A DNA stretch of 32,000 nt from Cuniculiplasma divulgatum (GTDB lineage Archaea; Thermoplasmatota; Thermoplasmata; Thermoplasmatales; Thermoplasmataceae). A model generated the notes under the pieces. It saw nothing but the letters and a program-made list of their open reading frames with translations. It searched no databases and was not told the origin of the DNA. A program made the translations under genes and the position numbers. The stretch covers positions 330,001 to 362,000 of the forward strand of contig NZ_LT671858.1 of assembly GCF_900083515.1 (NCBI RefSeq), written 5' to 3'. Shown here one piece after another: positions 1-8,191 of the stretch (positions within the stretch are counted from its first letter, which is position 1; each line of letters starts with the position of its first letter).

Positions 1-1
1 A

Positions 2-3000
2 ATATTTATGATCAACAGAATGAACATGTTATGCTACTCTAATTCATTTATGTCAAATTCTGATCAGAATATGTCAAAAAATATTAATTTAACAATTCAG
101 GGGTATTATTACAACCTACTTTTCCAGAAACCTGCACTTCAGCATAGTAGAGTAACTATTTACCAGCCAATAAATAAACCCGATGCGGTTCAATTGAAAC
201 ATCAAACACTCAATACCGTAGTGGGGAAGGATAAAGATTTATTATACGATGAAGAAACAGGCATATATTTCTTCGTTAGAGACAATAATTCAATAGTAGA
301 ATACAACACAGAATCAAACATGACGAAGTTAATCTACAGATCCAGTGAAAATTATATTATGACTGCAGTTTCTGACTCAAAGGATACGTACTGGCTACTA
401 AGAAATGAAACTGGTTCAGAATACTGTATCGCAGAACTGAACAATTCAGATCTTTTTATAAATTTTGAAAAGGTTCCTGAGACTCCACCAGGAAAATTTG
501 GTACTGTAATTATAAATAACGTTCTATCATTCTATAACCAAACAGAAGTAACCGATGCATTCAATCATCAAGTAGAGTTAAGTTACAGCAATCATATAAT
601 TGGATCCTTAACCGTAGTGGGTATTTCCCAGTACGAAGACACAACATACATATACTACAGAAATAAAACCACCCTATTATTACTGGACCAAAACGATAGT
701 AAGATTTTAGAATTTGGAAATTTTCATTCAATATCAAATTTCACTGAGGAAAATGGGCAGTTGATATGTGGAGTTAGTTTTACCTCAAACCCTGAAAGTT
801 ATTATTATCCTGAACTTAACGTGATTTCCAGAAAGGCAATAAATTTCATGGATAAGGATGAGGTTGGATTAACCTATGAGGGATCTATGGATATACTGAA
901 CCTTTCTACTTATACCCAGAGCTTTTATCAGTACAGTGGAAATTTATCATATGTTTTCAGTGGTTCTTACATAAGCAATTCATACAACTCATTCTGTTTT
1001 TATATATATAATAATTCAGGCCATGTAAATTTAAAAATCAATGTTCCAAAAAATCAGTTATTCTCTCCAGATGGATATTTCAATTTTACAGTAACCGGTA
1101 CATGTTCATTCGAATCAAACGTCTCAATAAGTGGAATTAGCATGGAAGGAAAAAACAAATCATCGTACAATATGAATCTTTCTTCGCTCAATTCTGGATC
1201 TTATATCTATACACTACAGATTCTTACTGGATCATTATACTATTTAGTTTATACGGGAACAGTAAAAGTAGATAGTTCATTTCCAACTTTAACATTTTTA
1301 CAGAGCATCAAAAATGGTGTGTTTTCCGGAGAAATATTATGGTCTAAATATTACGATTCAGCAGGTATTACCCGCATATCAGTAGATGGCGTAAATAGCA
1401 CCATAAACTACCTTAACTCAACAGTCTCATTCTTCATACCACTTTATTTTAAATCAGAATATATTCAATTTGAGATAAGCTTCAGGGACAAATACAACGT
1501 TTCGCGATCGATTAAAATTAAATTGGAGTATTATAATGAAAGGGGATCTGGTCTATTCCCAGACATATCCCAAAACCAAATATTCAGCAGTAACAAATTT
1601 AACATAACACTCTATGGGAATGGAAATAATGTATCCCATATTTTACTGGTGGTGAGGAATGGGTCATTTAGTAAGACCCTTAACTTTACATCAGATAGAA
1701 AATCAATCCATCTAAATCTGTCAAATGGTGATTATAGTTTATCCACATACGATCTATTCGTTGCTGGAAACACCGTATTTGAGGGCACAGTGAATTTCAC
1801 CGTGTTATCAGAGAACCTCAGGGTAAAGGACAATAACACTGTAAAGAATTTCTATTCATTCTATGGTAATTCAAAAAACGATTCATTCCATTTTCATTTC
1901 TCTGCCAATATCGAGGGTATCTGGACGGTTAAAGGGTACCATGATGCTACAAATGTCTTCAGTGAGATGGTACATGAGGAAAATTTATGGCTGAACTCTT
2001 CAGGGATAAGGAATATCTTCAGGTACAATGGAACTACTGTGTTCTATCTCAACTACAGTTCAATCAATAATCATAATTATTCATCGAAGTTGAATATAAA
2101 TGTTAATAATTCTATCCCATATTTCATAACAAAGTCCTACTACTATACCAACACATCCATTCTCAATTTGTCTAAGGCATTCAGCTCAAATGGCAGAATT
2201 TATTACTACCAGAATGGAAAAATGAGGGAGTTCAACGGTTCAATATATCTAAACCACAGCGGAAATTTCAGTTTTAAATTTACAATCTGGTCAAGTTCAA
2301 TGAATCATATTTCACATTTCATATGGATTAAATTCAATACATCCACACCTGAATTCAGACTCAATGGCTTCAGTGGTGTCCTGCTAAAATCTCCCAGTTT
2401 GAAGCTAAGAGTTGCACCAGATGGAAATAGCCATATATCTAAAGTCTTCCTGATTCTAAATGATCGCGAGATTATTGAAAAAAATCTAAGCTTTACAATT
2501 CATTTCACACAGGATGGAGCTTACAATTTCACTCTTAAAATCATGGATAGATGCGGTAATATTAACACAACTGCATATTTTCTAAATGTAACCTATTATC
2601 CACTAATCAGGAGCATAGGCGTGTCATACCGCATGTTCTTCCAGAGTTTGGTAGCACAATCAGTCATTTCTGGAGATAACACATCAGCAATGGGGATAAG
2701 ATGGTACATAAATGGGAACTATGTATCCTCAGGTGTGTATGAGAATACGTCTCTGCCAGTGGGCCTGGACCACGTTTCAATTAAGGTCAGATACGGCAAC
2801 ATCACAAAATATTATGGATTCACAGTTATCAGCCTTAGCAGTTACTTTTTCATACCTTTGCCAATTGCAGTTTTCGCCATATATGCGTTGAGGAATTTCC
2901 CTGTCAATACAAATTCTGAAGCCCTACTTAATACCATATTTTCGGAGGACGATAGTCCATTGAAAGAGGTAATCAGAAGGTTGAGAAGGAAGCATTTTTC

Positions 3001-3118
3001 CAGGAAGTTAATAAGAAAGAGTTTCAATCTGCTTCTTGAAAGAAATTTAATAAAGATTTCCCCAGATCCTGATGGTAAACCGAGGTTGGAGATATTGACT
3101 AATAATAAGAAAAAGTGA
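2..3118 (+). CDS. Very large sequon-rich single-pass membrane/surface glycoprotein candidate with a C-terminal TM helix and a basic winged-helix-like cytoplasmic tail; the 5' end probably lies upstream of the window
   Basis: The 1036-codon frame is open to the window edge, with no in-frame stop at 2-7. The visible N-terminus has no signal peptide or TM. I hand-counted about 45 N-x-S/T sequons. A hydrophobic helix SSYFFIPLPIAVFAIYALRNF lies at about 2837-2899, followed by a 72-aa Lys/Arg-rich tail (2900-3115). No catalytic motif recognised. Confidence 0.6.
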   Translation: MFMINRMNMLCYSNSFMSNSDQNMSKNINLTIQGYYYNLLFQKPALQHSRVTIYQPINKPDAVQLKHQTLNTVVGKDKDLLYDEETGIYFFVRDNNSIVEYNTESNMTKLIYRSSENYIMTAVSDSKDTYWLLRNETGSEYCIAELNNSDLFINFEKVPETPPGKFGTVIINNVLSFYNQTEVTDAFNHQVELSYSNHIIGSLTVVGISQYEDTTYIYYRNKTTLLLLDQNDSKILEFGNFHSISNFTEENGQLICGVSFTSNPESYYYPELNVISRKAINFMDKDEVGLTYEGSMDILNLSTYTQSFYQYSGNLSYVFSGSYISNSYNSFCFYIYNNSGHVNLKINVPKNQLFSPDGYFNFTVTGTCSFESNVSISGISMEGKNKSSYNMNLSSLNSGSYIYTLQILTGSLYYLVYTGTVKVDSSFPTLTFLQSIKNGVFSGEILWSKYYDSAGITRISVDGVNSTINYLNSTVSFFIPLYFKSEYIQFEISFRDKYNVSRSIKIKLEYYNERGSGLFPDISQNQIFSSNKFNITLYGNGNNVSHILLVVRNGSFSKTLNFTSDRKSIHLNLSNGDYSLSTYDLFVAGNTVFEGTVNFTVLSENLRVKDNNTVKNFYSFYGNSKNDSFHFHFSANIEGIWTVKGYHDATNVFSEMVHEENLWLNSSGIRNIFRYNGTTVFYLNYSSINNHNYSSKLNINVNNSIPYFITKSYYYTNTSILNLSKAFSSNGRIYYYQNGKMREFNGSIYLNHSGNFSFKFTIWSSSMNHISHFIWIKFNTSTPEFRLNGFSGVLLKSPSLKLRVAPDGNSHISKVFLILNDREIIEKNLSFTIHFTQDGAYNFTLKIMDRCGNINTTAYFLNVTYYPLIRSIGVSYRMFFQSLVAQSVISGDNTSAMGIRWYINGNYVSSGVYENTSLPVGLDHVSIKVRYGNITKYYGFTVISLSSYFFIPLPIAVFAIYALRNFPVNTNSEALLNTIFSEDDSPLKEVIRRLRRKHFSRKLIRKSFNLLLERNLIKISPDPDGKPRLEILTNNKKK

Positions 3119-3150
3119 TATACGACATTTCATTTATCCATCCTGTAAGG

Positions 3151-3765
3151 ATGAAATCTATCTATCTGGTAATCGCTGTAATAATAATCGCATTAATGGT
3201 ATCACCCATAATGAGTAATGCAGGAACGGTAAACGCAGGAACCTCAAATCACGGATCAGCAATCTCCGTGAATAATTATGTTAACAAACTGCAAAATGTG
3301 ACAACGCCACCTTCAACTTTTCCAACAGTTAAATATTATTATGGAAACGATAAGTCATGCACAATTACAACAAGTCAATGGACAAGTATTTTCACAAATG
3401 TCTTTGACGATAGATCCATAATAGCATATAACTTTTCTTCCAATTCAACGCAATACCTGATAGTTTTTGATATCACATATCAGGGTTTGAATCCATACGG
3501 CGTTGAATATGTTAACGCACTATCTCACACAGGAAATCTGTCCAAGACCAATGAATTAAAAGCATTCTGGAAAACAGCGAATGAAACATCCCTAGTGAGT
3601 GGATATACAAACTGGAAAGCCCTGAGCGCAGGAGCATTCCCTGGCTTCAGCTGGTCAAAACCAAAGATTCTTCCTAATTACCTAACTGAGGAATATGTAG
3701 GAGCAATGGTTGCCGTTGTTGTATCAGTGTTTGTGCTATATTTTGTTTTCAACAGGAGAAAATAA
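3151..3765 (+). CDS. Small bitopic membrane/secreted protein (N-terminal signal-anchor, C-terminal TM anchor), function unknown
   Basis: The ATG at 3151 gives MKSIYLVIAVIIIALMVSPIMSNAG, a signal-like start. The C-terminus is YVGAMVAVVVSVFVLYFVFNRRK, a TM with positive residues on the inside. There are 5 N-x-S/T sequons. The ORF track begins at GTG 3115, overlapping the upstream stop (GTGA), so the start is uncertain. Confidence 0.55.
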   Translation: MKSIYLVIAVIIIALMVSPIMSNAGTVNAGTSNHGSAISVNNYVNKLQNVTTPPSTFPTVKYYYGNDKSCTITTSQWTSIFTNVFDDRSIIAYNFSSNSTQYLIVFDITYQGLNPYGVEYVNALSHTGNLSKTNELKAFWKTANETSLVSGYTNWKALSAGAFPGFSWSKPKILPNYLTEEYVGAMVAVVVSVFVLYFVFNRRK

Positions 3766-3819
3766 AATTTTTTATCATAAAAGAATTTAATACACTCGAT
3801 TATTACCAATAGATAATAA

Positions 3820-4377
3820 ATGAAAGTTATTCTAGGTATCACTGGAGCCTCTGGCAGCATACTGGCCCAAAGGTTTCTTGAAACTGCAGATGCAGAAATA
3901 CATCTGGTTATTTCATCAAACTCAGATCAGGTAATCCAGTATGAAACAGGGCATGACTCTTCATCGTTCAGAAAAATGGCATCATTTTCATATGATGATA
4001 AGGATGTAGCTGCAAGAATCAGTTCAGGAAGCTTTATCTTCAACGCCATGGTTGTAATGCCATGCTCAATGAATACGCTGGCAAAAATAGCAGCAGGAAT
4101 ATCTGATTCCCTCATAACAAGGGCTGCTGCAGTGGCACTTAAGGAAAGGAGAAGGCTAATACTTGTTCCAAGGGAAATGCCGCTGAGCGAGATAGCACTT
4201 GAGAACATGATACGAATCACAAGGGCAGGTGGAATTATAGCTGCAGCCATGCCAGCATTTTATACTAAACCCAGAAGTGTAGAAGACATGGTTGATTTCA
4301 TGGTCGGGAGGGTTATGGATCTGTGCGGCATGGACAACACCCTGGTTAAGAGATGGAAGGAGGAAGAGAGAGATTAG
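3820..4377 (+). CDS. ubiX: Flavin prenyltransferase UbiX/Pad1 family
   Basis: N-terminal MKVILGITGASG, and PCSMNTLAKIAAGISDSLITRAAAVALKERRRLILVPREMPLS, matching the canonical UbiX core. Length 185 aa. Confidence 0.9.
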   Translation: MKVILGITGASGSILAQRFLETADAEIHLVISSNSDQVIQYETGHDSSSFRKMASFSYDDKDVAARISSGSFIFNAMVVMPCSMNTLAKIAAGISDSLITRAAAVALKERRRLILVPREMPLSEIALENMIRITRAGGIIAAAMPAFYTKPRSVEDMVDFMVGRVMDLCGMDNTLVKRWKEEERD

Positions 4378-4393
4378 GTATCTTGCAGACAAC

Positions 4394-4828
4394 ATGCTTG
4401 GAAGATTAGCGAGATACATGCGAATAATGGGTTATGATACATCATATCCAAACCTTGAAATATCAGACAGTGAATTAATTGAGATTAGCAGGGCTGATGA
4501 TAGGGTTCTATTATCGAGGGATAAACAGCTTTGCAGTAGATATAAACAATCTATTTACATAATTTCAGACAGGATAGATGAACAGATAATACAGATTACA
4601 AATTTAGAAAGACCAAGAAAAGAATTTCTGTTTTCAAGATGCACCATATGCAATGGTGTTCTTGTGAAGGGTGATCATAATTGCGAAGAGGAATATGACC
4701 CCAGGAAAATAGATACAGTCTACCACTGTCCAAACTGTGGAAAATGTTACTGGGAAGGAACTCATTCCCATAATATACTGGCAAAACTGGAGTCACTGAA
4801 GGTGTACAATGAAACTCAGACAGAATGA
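4394..4828 (+). CDS. Mut7-C RNase domain (DUF82, PIN-like) protein with C-terminal zinc ribbon
   Basis: LADNMLGRLARYMRIMGYD is the typical N-terminal motif of the family, and the C-terminus has CTIC...HCPNCGKCYW. The family motif begins just before the first ATG (4394), so a non-ATG start near 4373-4385 is possible. The track's 4292 start would overlap ubiX. Confidence 0.75.
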   Translation: MLGRLARYMRIMGYDTSYPNLEISDSELIEISRADDRVLLSRDKQLCSRYKQSIYIISDRIDEQIIQITNLERPRKEFLFSRCTICNGVLVKGDHNCEEEYDPRKIDTVYHCPNCGKCYWEGTHSHNILAKLESLKVYNETQTE

Positions 4829-5831
4829 AGAAGGATGGAGAGAAATCCTCATTGAGAACCTGGACGATCTATGGTATTTAAAAAATATTATAGACTCCGG
4901 TACAGTAATAAGAAAAACAGTTCTTAGAAGAGAAGAGAAAAGTGAGGATATGGAAAGGAGTAAGGAGACTTCCAGAAAGCCAGTCACCCTGGAGATAAGG
5001 CCAGAAGAGGTATATTTCCAGCCATTCACTGATAGACTGAGAATTCAGGGAATAATAACAAAAGGACCAGAGGGAACACTGGGACAGCATCAGTCACTTT
5101 ACATATCTGAGGGAGAAAATGTGGAGATTCTTAAGGACAAATGGGACAGATCCAGCGAGAATCTAATCAGGGATGCAATGCTGAAAGCATCGAACAATGC
5201 TCTTTTCATAGTTATGGATGATGAAACTGCAATATTCTGTATACTTAGGGATTATGGGCTTCAGACACAGGCGAAGATATACTCAGGAAAATCTGGAAAG
5301 GAATATGCTGGGAATTATTCAAGAAAAAACTACTTCGAGGAGATATTAAGGACTCTTAATTCAATAAAATTCGCAGGTCCAGTTGTAATAACCGGTCCAG
5401 GTTTTGAAGGGGAAATGTTTGAAAAGTTCCTGAAGGAAAACAGCAGTGGTATGAAGATTAATTTCGTGCCATCAACGAGAGAGGATGAAAACGCAGTCTT
5501 TGAAATAATAAACACTGAGGCAGTCAGGAAAATAATAGGTGACTCCAGATCAGCCAGGGAGAGAAAATACATGGAGCAATTCATGGAAGGGTTGGCAAGG
5601 AATTCGATGGTAGCCTATGGAAGGGAAGAAATATTAAGACTTTCATCAACTGGAGCCATTGATAAATTGCTTGTTCTGGAGGATAGTTTTAGAAATGAGG
5701 ACTTTCAGAAAATAATAGAAAATGTCAGTTTATCAGGGGGAGAGGTGATAATAATGAGTTCGGATGGGGAATATGGCAAAACACTGAAGAACTTTGGTAA
5801 TATTGTCGCGCTTCTAAGGTATAATGCATAA
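4809..5831 (+). CDS. pelA: Pelota (archaeal Dom34 homologue, no-go/non-stop mRNA surveillance factor)
   Basis: MKLRQNEEGWREILIENLDDLWYLKNII is a typical N-terminus. The protein is 340 aa with an eRF1-like C-terminal region. It overlaps the upstream gene by 20 nt. Confidence 0.88.
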   Translation: MKLRQNEEGWREILIENLDDLWYLKNIIDSGTVIRKTVLRREEKSEDMERSKETSRKPVTLEIRPEEVYFQPFTDRLRIQGIITKGPEGTLGQHQSLYISEGENVEILKDKWDRSSENLIRDAMLKASNNALFIVMDDETAIFCILRDYGLQTQAKIYSGKSGKEYAGNYSRKNYFEEILRTLNSIKFAGPVVITGPGFEGEMFEKFLKENSSGMKINFVPSTREDENAVFEIINTEAVRKIIGDSRSARERKYMEQFMEGLARNSMVAYGREEILRLSSTGAIDKLLVLEDSFRNEDFQKIIENVSLSGGEVIIMSSDGEYGKTLKNFGNIVALLRYNA

Positions 5832-5864
5832 TAGATATTGGGACAACCGTTGGGAAATTCTCAA

Positions 5865-5874
5865 TTTTAATATA
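5865..5874 (+). promoter_or_regulatory. TATA-box-like element for tRNA-Leu
   Basis: TTTTAATATA is centred about 28 nt upstream of the mature tRNA 5' end at 5898. Confidence 0.5.
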
Positions 5875-5897
5875 CTTTCTAGATATTCAGAGACGCT

Positions 5898-5982
5898 GCG
5901 GAGGTTGTCGAGCTAGGTTAAAGGCGATGGATTTAGGGTCCATTCCCGTAGGGGTTCGCCGGTTCGAATCCGGCCCTCCGCA
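5898..5982 (+). tRNA. tRNA-Leu, anticodon UAG, class II (long variable arm), no encoded CCA, no intron
   Basis: The cloverleaf folds by hand. Acceptor GCGGAGG pairs with CCTCCGC. The anticodon stem is ATGGA/TCCAT with loop TTTAGGG (anticodon TAG). The variable arm is TCCCGTAGGGGTTC. The T-arm is GCCGG-TTCGAAT-CCGGC and the discriminator is A. It is GC-rich in an AT-rich background. Confidence 0.93.
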
Positions 5983-5986
5983 TTTT
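5983..5986 (+). terminator. Oligo-T tract directly after tRNA-Leu
   Basis: TTTT immediately follows the discriminator base; oligo-T is the usual archaeal termination signal. Confidence 0.4.
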
Positions 5987-6298
5987 ATCTCTTAATCTGA
6001 TACGTCATCATATTTACATTTCTATAGCGTCATCCTCGTTGTTTTAAGAGGAGAAAGAACCGTGGCCGATTTTTATTTAGAAGTTCCTTGTGAAATTTCT
6101 TTACATCTATTATGACACACATCCAAATTAGATACCACTGCTTCGCTTCTGATGAAGTAAAGGGGTAAGTTGTATTAGTTCTGAACTTGTTCTGCTAGGA
6201 GTGATTGGACTTCGCAGGAAAACCATTAAAATTTAAATTTGTAATAATAGTAGATATACTTATCAACAATTCTTAAACTAGCATAAGTCATTGAAATA

Positions 6299-6329
6299 AA
6301 AGTGCAAATTAATGAAAAATTTGCACTTT
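6299..6329. repeat. Perfect 12-bp inverted repeat with 7-nt spacer (AAAGTGCAAATT-aatgaaa-AATTTGCACTTT)
   Basis: Read directly from the sequence. It lies in the non-coding stretch between tRNA-Leu and the TA pair, about 115 nt upstream of the antitoxin start. Confidence 0.8.
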
Positions 6330-6443
6330 CAATTTATAGAATAGGCTCCTCTCAAATTATAATTCAAGTGTACTCCATCAATGACGGGTTGGTGAATTTT
6401 ATAAACACCAAAAAGTATGTATAATTAATGCACATAATTATAT

Positions 6444-6668
6444 GTGTCAACCCACAGACTTAATGTAACTATTCCTGATGATGTATCAGATATTCTCAAG
6501 ACCAAGAAGAATAAGTCAAAGTTTCTTACTGAAGCAGTTAGAGAGAAAGTAATCAACGACAAGAAAAAGGAAATTGTTGAGAAAGCAAGAAAATTAAAGA
6601 AATATTACGAGATTGATGAGGATCTAACATCTCTGAATTCTATGGATTCTGAGGATTTCGTCAATTGA
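6444..6668 (+). CDS. Ribbon-helix-helix (CopG/MazE-like) antitoxin
   Basis: It has a GTG start. HRLNVTIPDDVSDILKTKKNKSKFLTEAVREKV follows the RHH pattern, and the C-terminal tail is acidic. The gene ends 9 nt before the MazF-like gene. Confidence 0.75.
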   Translation: MSTHRLNVTIPDDVSDILKTKKNKSKFLTEAVREKVINDKKKEIVEKARKLKKYYEIDEDLTSLNSMDSEDFVN

Positions 6669-6677
6669 GGGAAAAAG

Positions 6678-7019
6678 TTGAAACAGGGAGAAATTTGGTT
6701 GGTTAATCTCACACCAACAGTTGGTGCTGAAATTACGAAAACAAGACCTTGTGTTATTACAAGCAGCAATGAGATTGGAATTCTTCCTTTGAAGGTAATC
6801 GCACCCATAACAGATTATAAGACACATTATGATGGGTTACCCTGGATGTTAGAGATATCTCCTAATGGGTTCAACAACTTATCCAGGAGATCTGTTGTAG
6901 ATTTATTTCAATTGAGAACAGTTTCAAACGTAAGATTGATTAGAAACATAGGTAAGATAACGGAAGAGGAATTTCAAAAAATCCTTTACGCCATAAAGAT
7001 AGTTTTTGGAATTTATTGA
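6678..7019 (+). CDS. mazF: PemK/MazF-family type II toxin (endoribonuclease)
   Basis: TTG start. KQGEIWLVNLTPTVGAEITKTRPCVITSS...LKVIAPITD...VVDLFQLRTVSNVRL matches the PemK/MazF signature along its whole length. Confidence 0.85.
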   Translation: MKQGEIWLVNLTPTVGAEITKTRPCVITSSNEIGILPLKVIAPITDYKTHYDGLPWMLEISPNGFNNLSRRSVVDLFQLRTVSNVRLIRNIGKITEEEFQKILYAIKIVFGIY

Positions 7020-7051
7020 AATATTAGTTTTAGTCTAACTAATTTTAGCAG

Positions 7052-7058
7052 TTTTTTT
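7052..7058 (+). terminator. T7 tract downstream of the toxin gene
   Basis: GTTTTTTTAT lies 33 nt after the mazF-like stop. Confidence 0.45.
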
Positions 7059-7088
7059 ATATATTGCCTATCATCCTATTATAACAGA

Positions 7089-7172
7089 GAGCAGGTTGTC
7101 GAGCCAGATTAAGGGGTGTGAATTTATGGTTCATTTCTGCATGGATACTCCTGTTAAAACAGCCCCTCCATA
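7089..7172 (+). pseudogene. Decayed tRNA-Leu-like copy (non-functional: T-arm and acceptor pairing destroyed)
   Basis: An ungapped hand alignment to the intact tRNA at 5898-5982 gives 35/46 identities over the 5' part, GAGCAGGTTGTCGAGCCAGATTAAGGGGTGTGAATTTATGGTTCAT. Similarity is weaker but continues to a CCCTCC 3' end. The anticodon loop reads TTTATGG. The T-arm is degraded to TCCTGTTAAAACAGCCC, and the acceptor strands no longer pair. Confidence 0.55.
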
Positions 7173-7469
7173 TTATCAATTCTTAAATTATTACAGATTC
7201 GCAGATAAATGAAATTATGGGCTTTATAATAATATTAAATAAATCCATAAGATGTGAATGTAGGGGATGAAATCATTATAAGTAAATTAATGATAGTTGT
7301 TGAGAGGAGGAAACTTTTCATCATCTACGTGATGAAATATTTGTGTAAATTTATACGAATACACATCTTCTCATACTTTGTCATTCATTTTCAAAAATCA
7401 CCACACAAACCCAAGGAAAGATTTCGTAGATACGAATAATTTATAACCATTATTAGCAATTATGAATTT

Positions 7470-8081
7470 ATGTTAATACCTGTTTCAAGGAACATATTTA
7501 GATGGAGATCAAATGATCCAGAGCTGGGAATAGATCAATATGGCACGATGCTTCTGAAAGGAGATTCTATTGTTATAATAGATCCGCCAATGGTTCCAGG
7601 ATTAGTTGAGGCAATCAAGACACTGGGAAAACCTGAGTGCGTAATAATGACCAGTCCTGCGCATTCAAGGGGAAGTAACATTCTTGCCAGGCGACTGGGC
7701 ATTGAATTATACATTCCAGAAATCACAGAGAATGATGAAAAAGAGAGGGAAATAAAATCTCTTCATCTGGACTGGGCAAAAAGATACAATGAACATACGA
7801 AATTACCAATTGGAATAAAGGCTCACCATATGAGACCAATGACAGAAAACGGCGATATTGTAGTTGATGAAATGGAACTTGAGTTTGAAAACTTCCTAAT
7901 TCTTGGAGATTCCGCATGGGGCGTCAATGGAAAGATAAACTACTTTCCTGCCAATATTATGCCAGACGAGGGAAGAACAAAGGAAACTGCCAACAGAAAA
8001 GCTCTTGAAGCCCTCATAAAAAAGACTGCAGCAAAAAGCCTCATTTCCGGCCATGGAGAAGTAATCCATGGCTTATCCTGA
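7470..8081 (+). CDS. Metallo-beta-lactamase-fold-like protein with degenerate metal motif (function unknown)
   Basis: GDSIVIIDPP...ECVIMTSPAHSRGSN has the layout of the MBL beta-strand plus HxHxDH region, but only one His is retained. The C-terminus GHGEVIHG resembles the last MBL His motif. Confidence 0.45.
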   Translation: MLIPVSRNIFRWRSNDPELGIDQYGTMLLKGDSIVIIDPPMVPGLVEAIKTLGKPECVIMTSPAHSRGSNILARRLGIELYIPEITENDEKEREIKSLHLDWAKRYNEHTKLPIGIKAHHMRPMTENGDIVVDEMELEFENFLILGDSAWGVNGKINYFPANIMPDEGRTKETANRKALEALIKKTAAKSLISGHGEVIHGLS

Positions 8082-8191
8082 TTGTCCCTTATGAAGCATA
8101 AACATAAAATCGGGAACTGAAAAAAGTCAATTACAACAAAATTATTGACAAAATTATTACTATGTGAGTAATTTATACACGGGATATACGT

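Noticed and set aside
4292-4393. N-terminal extension of the Mut7-C ORF given in the ORF track
   Set aside because: It would overlap the last 86 nt of ubiX in another frame, and its translation (MISWSGGLWICAAWTTPW...) is unlike the family. The true start is at or just upstream of 4394.
6148-6225. Possible C/D-box sRNA (TGATGA at 6150-6155, CTGA at 6181-6184, GTGATT at 6201)
   Set aside because: The box spacing is 25 nt rather than about 12 nt. There is no terminal D box (CTGA) and no terminal stem, so it is most likely coincidental.
6267-7187. 11-nt direct repeat CAATTCTTAAA at 6267-6277 and 7177-7187 as possible att sites of the TA cassette
   Set aside because: An 11-mer made mostly of A/T has a fair chance of recurring within two roughly 450-nt AT-rich spacers. 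Its positions relative to the two tRNA copies are not collinear (285 nt against 5 nt downstream). I mention it only as a weak hint.
7254-7439. 61-aa plus-strand ORF in the spacer after the tRNA-like remnant
   Set aside because: It starts at a GTG with no SD or TATA geometry. The product is low-complexity Ile/Phe/Lys-rich with no motif. It is likely a chance ORF in AT-rich DNA.
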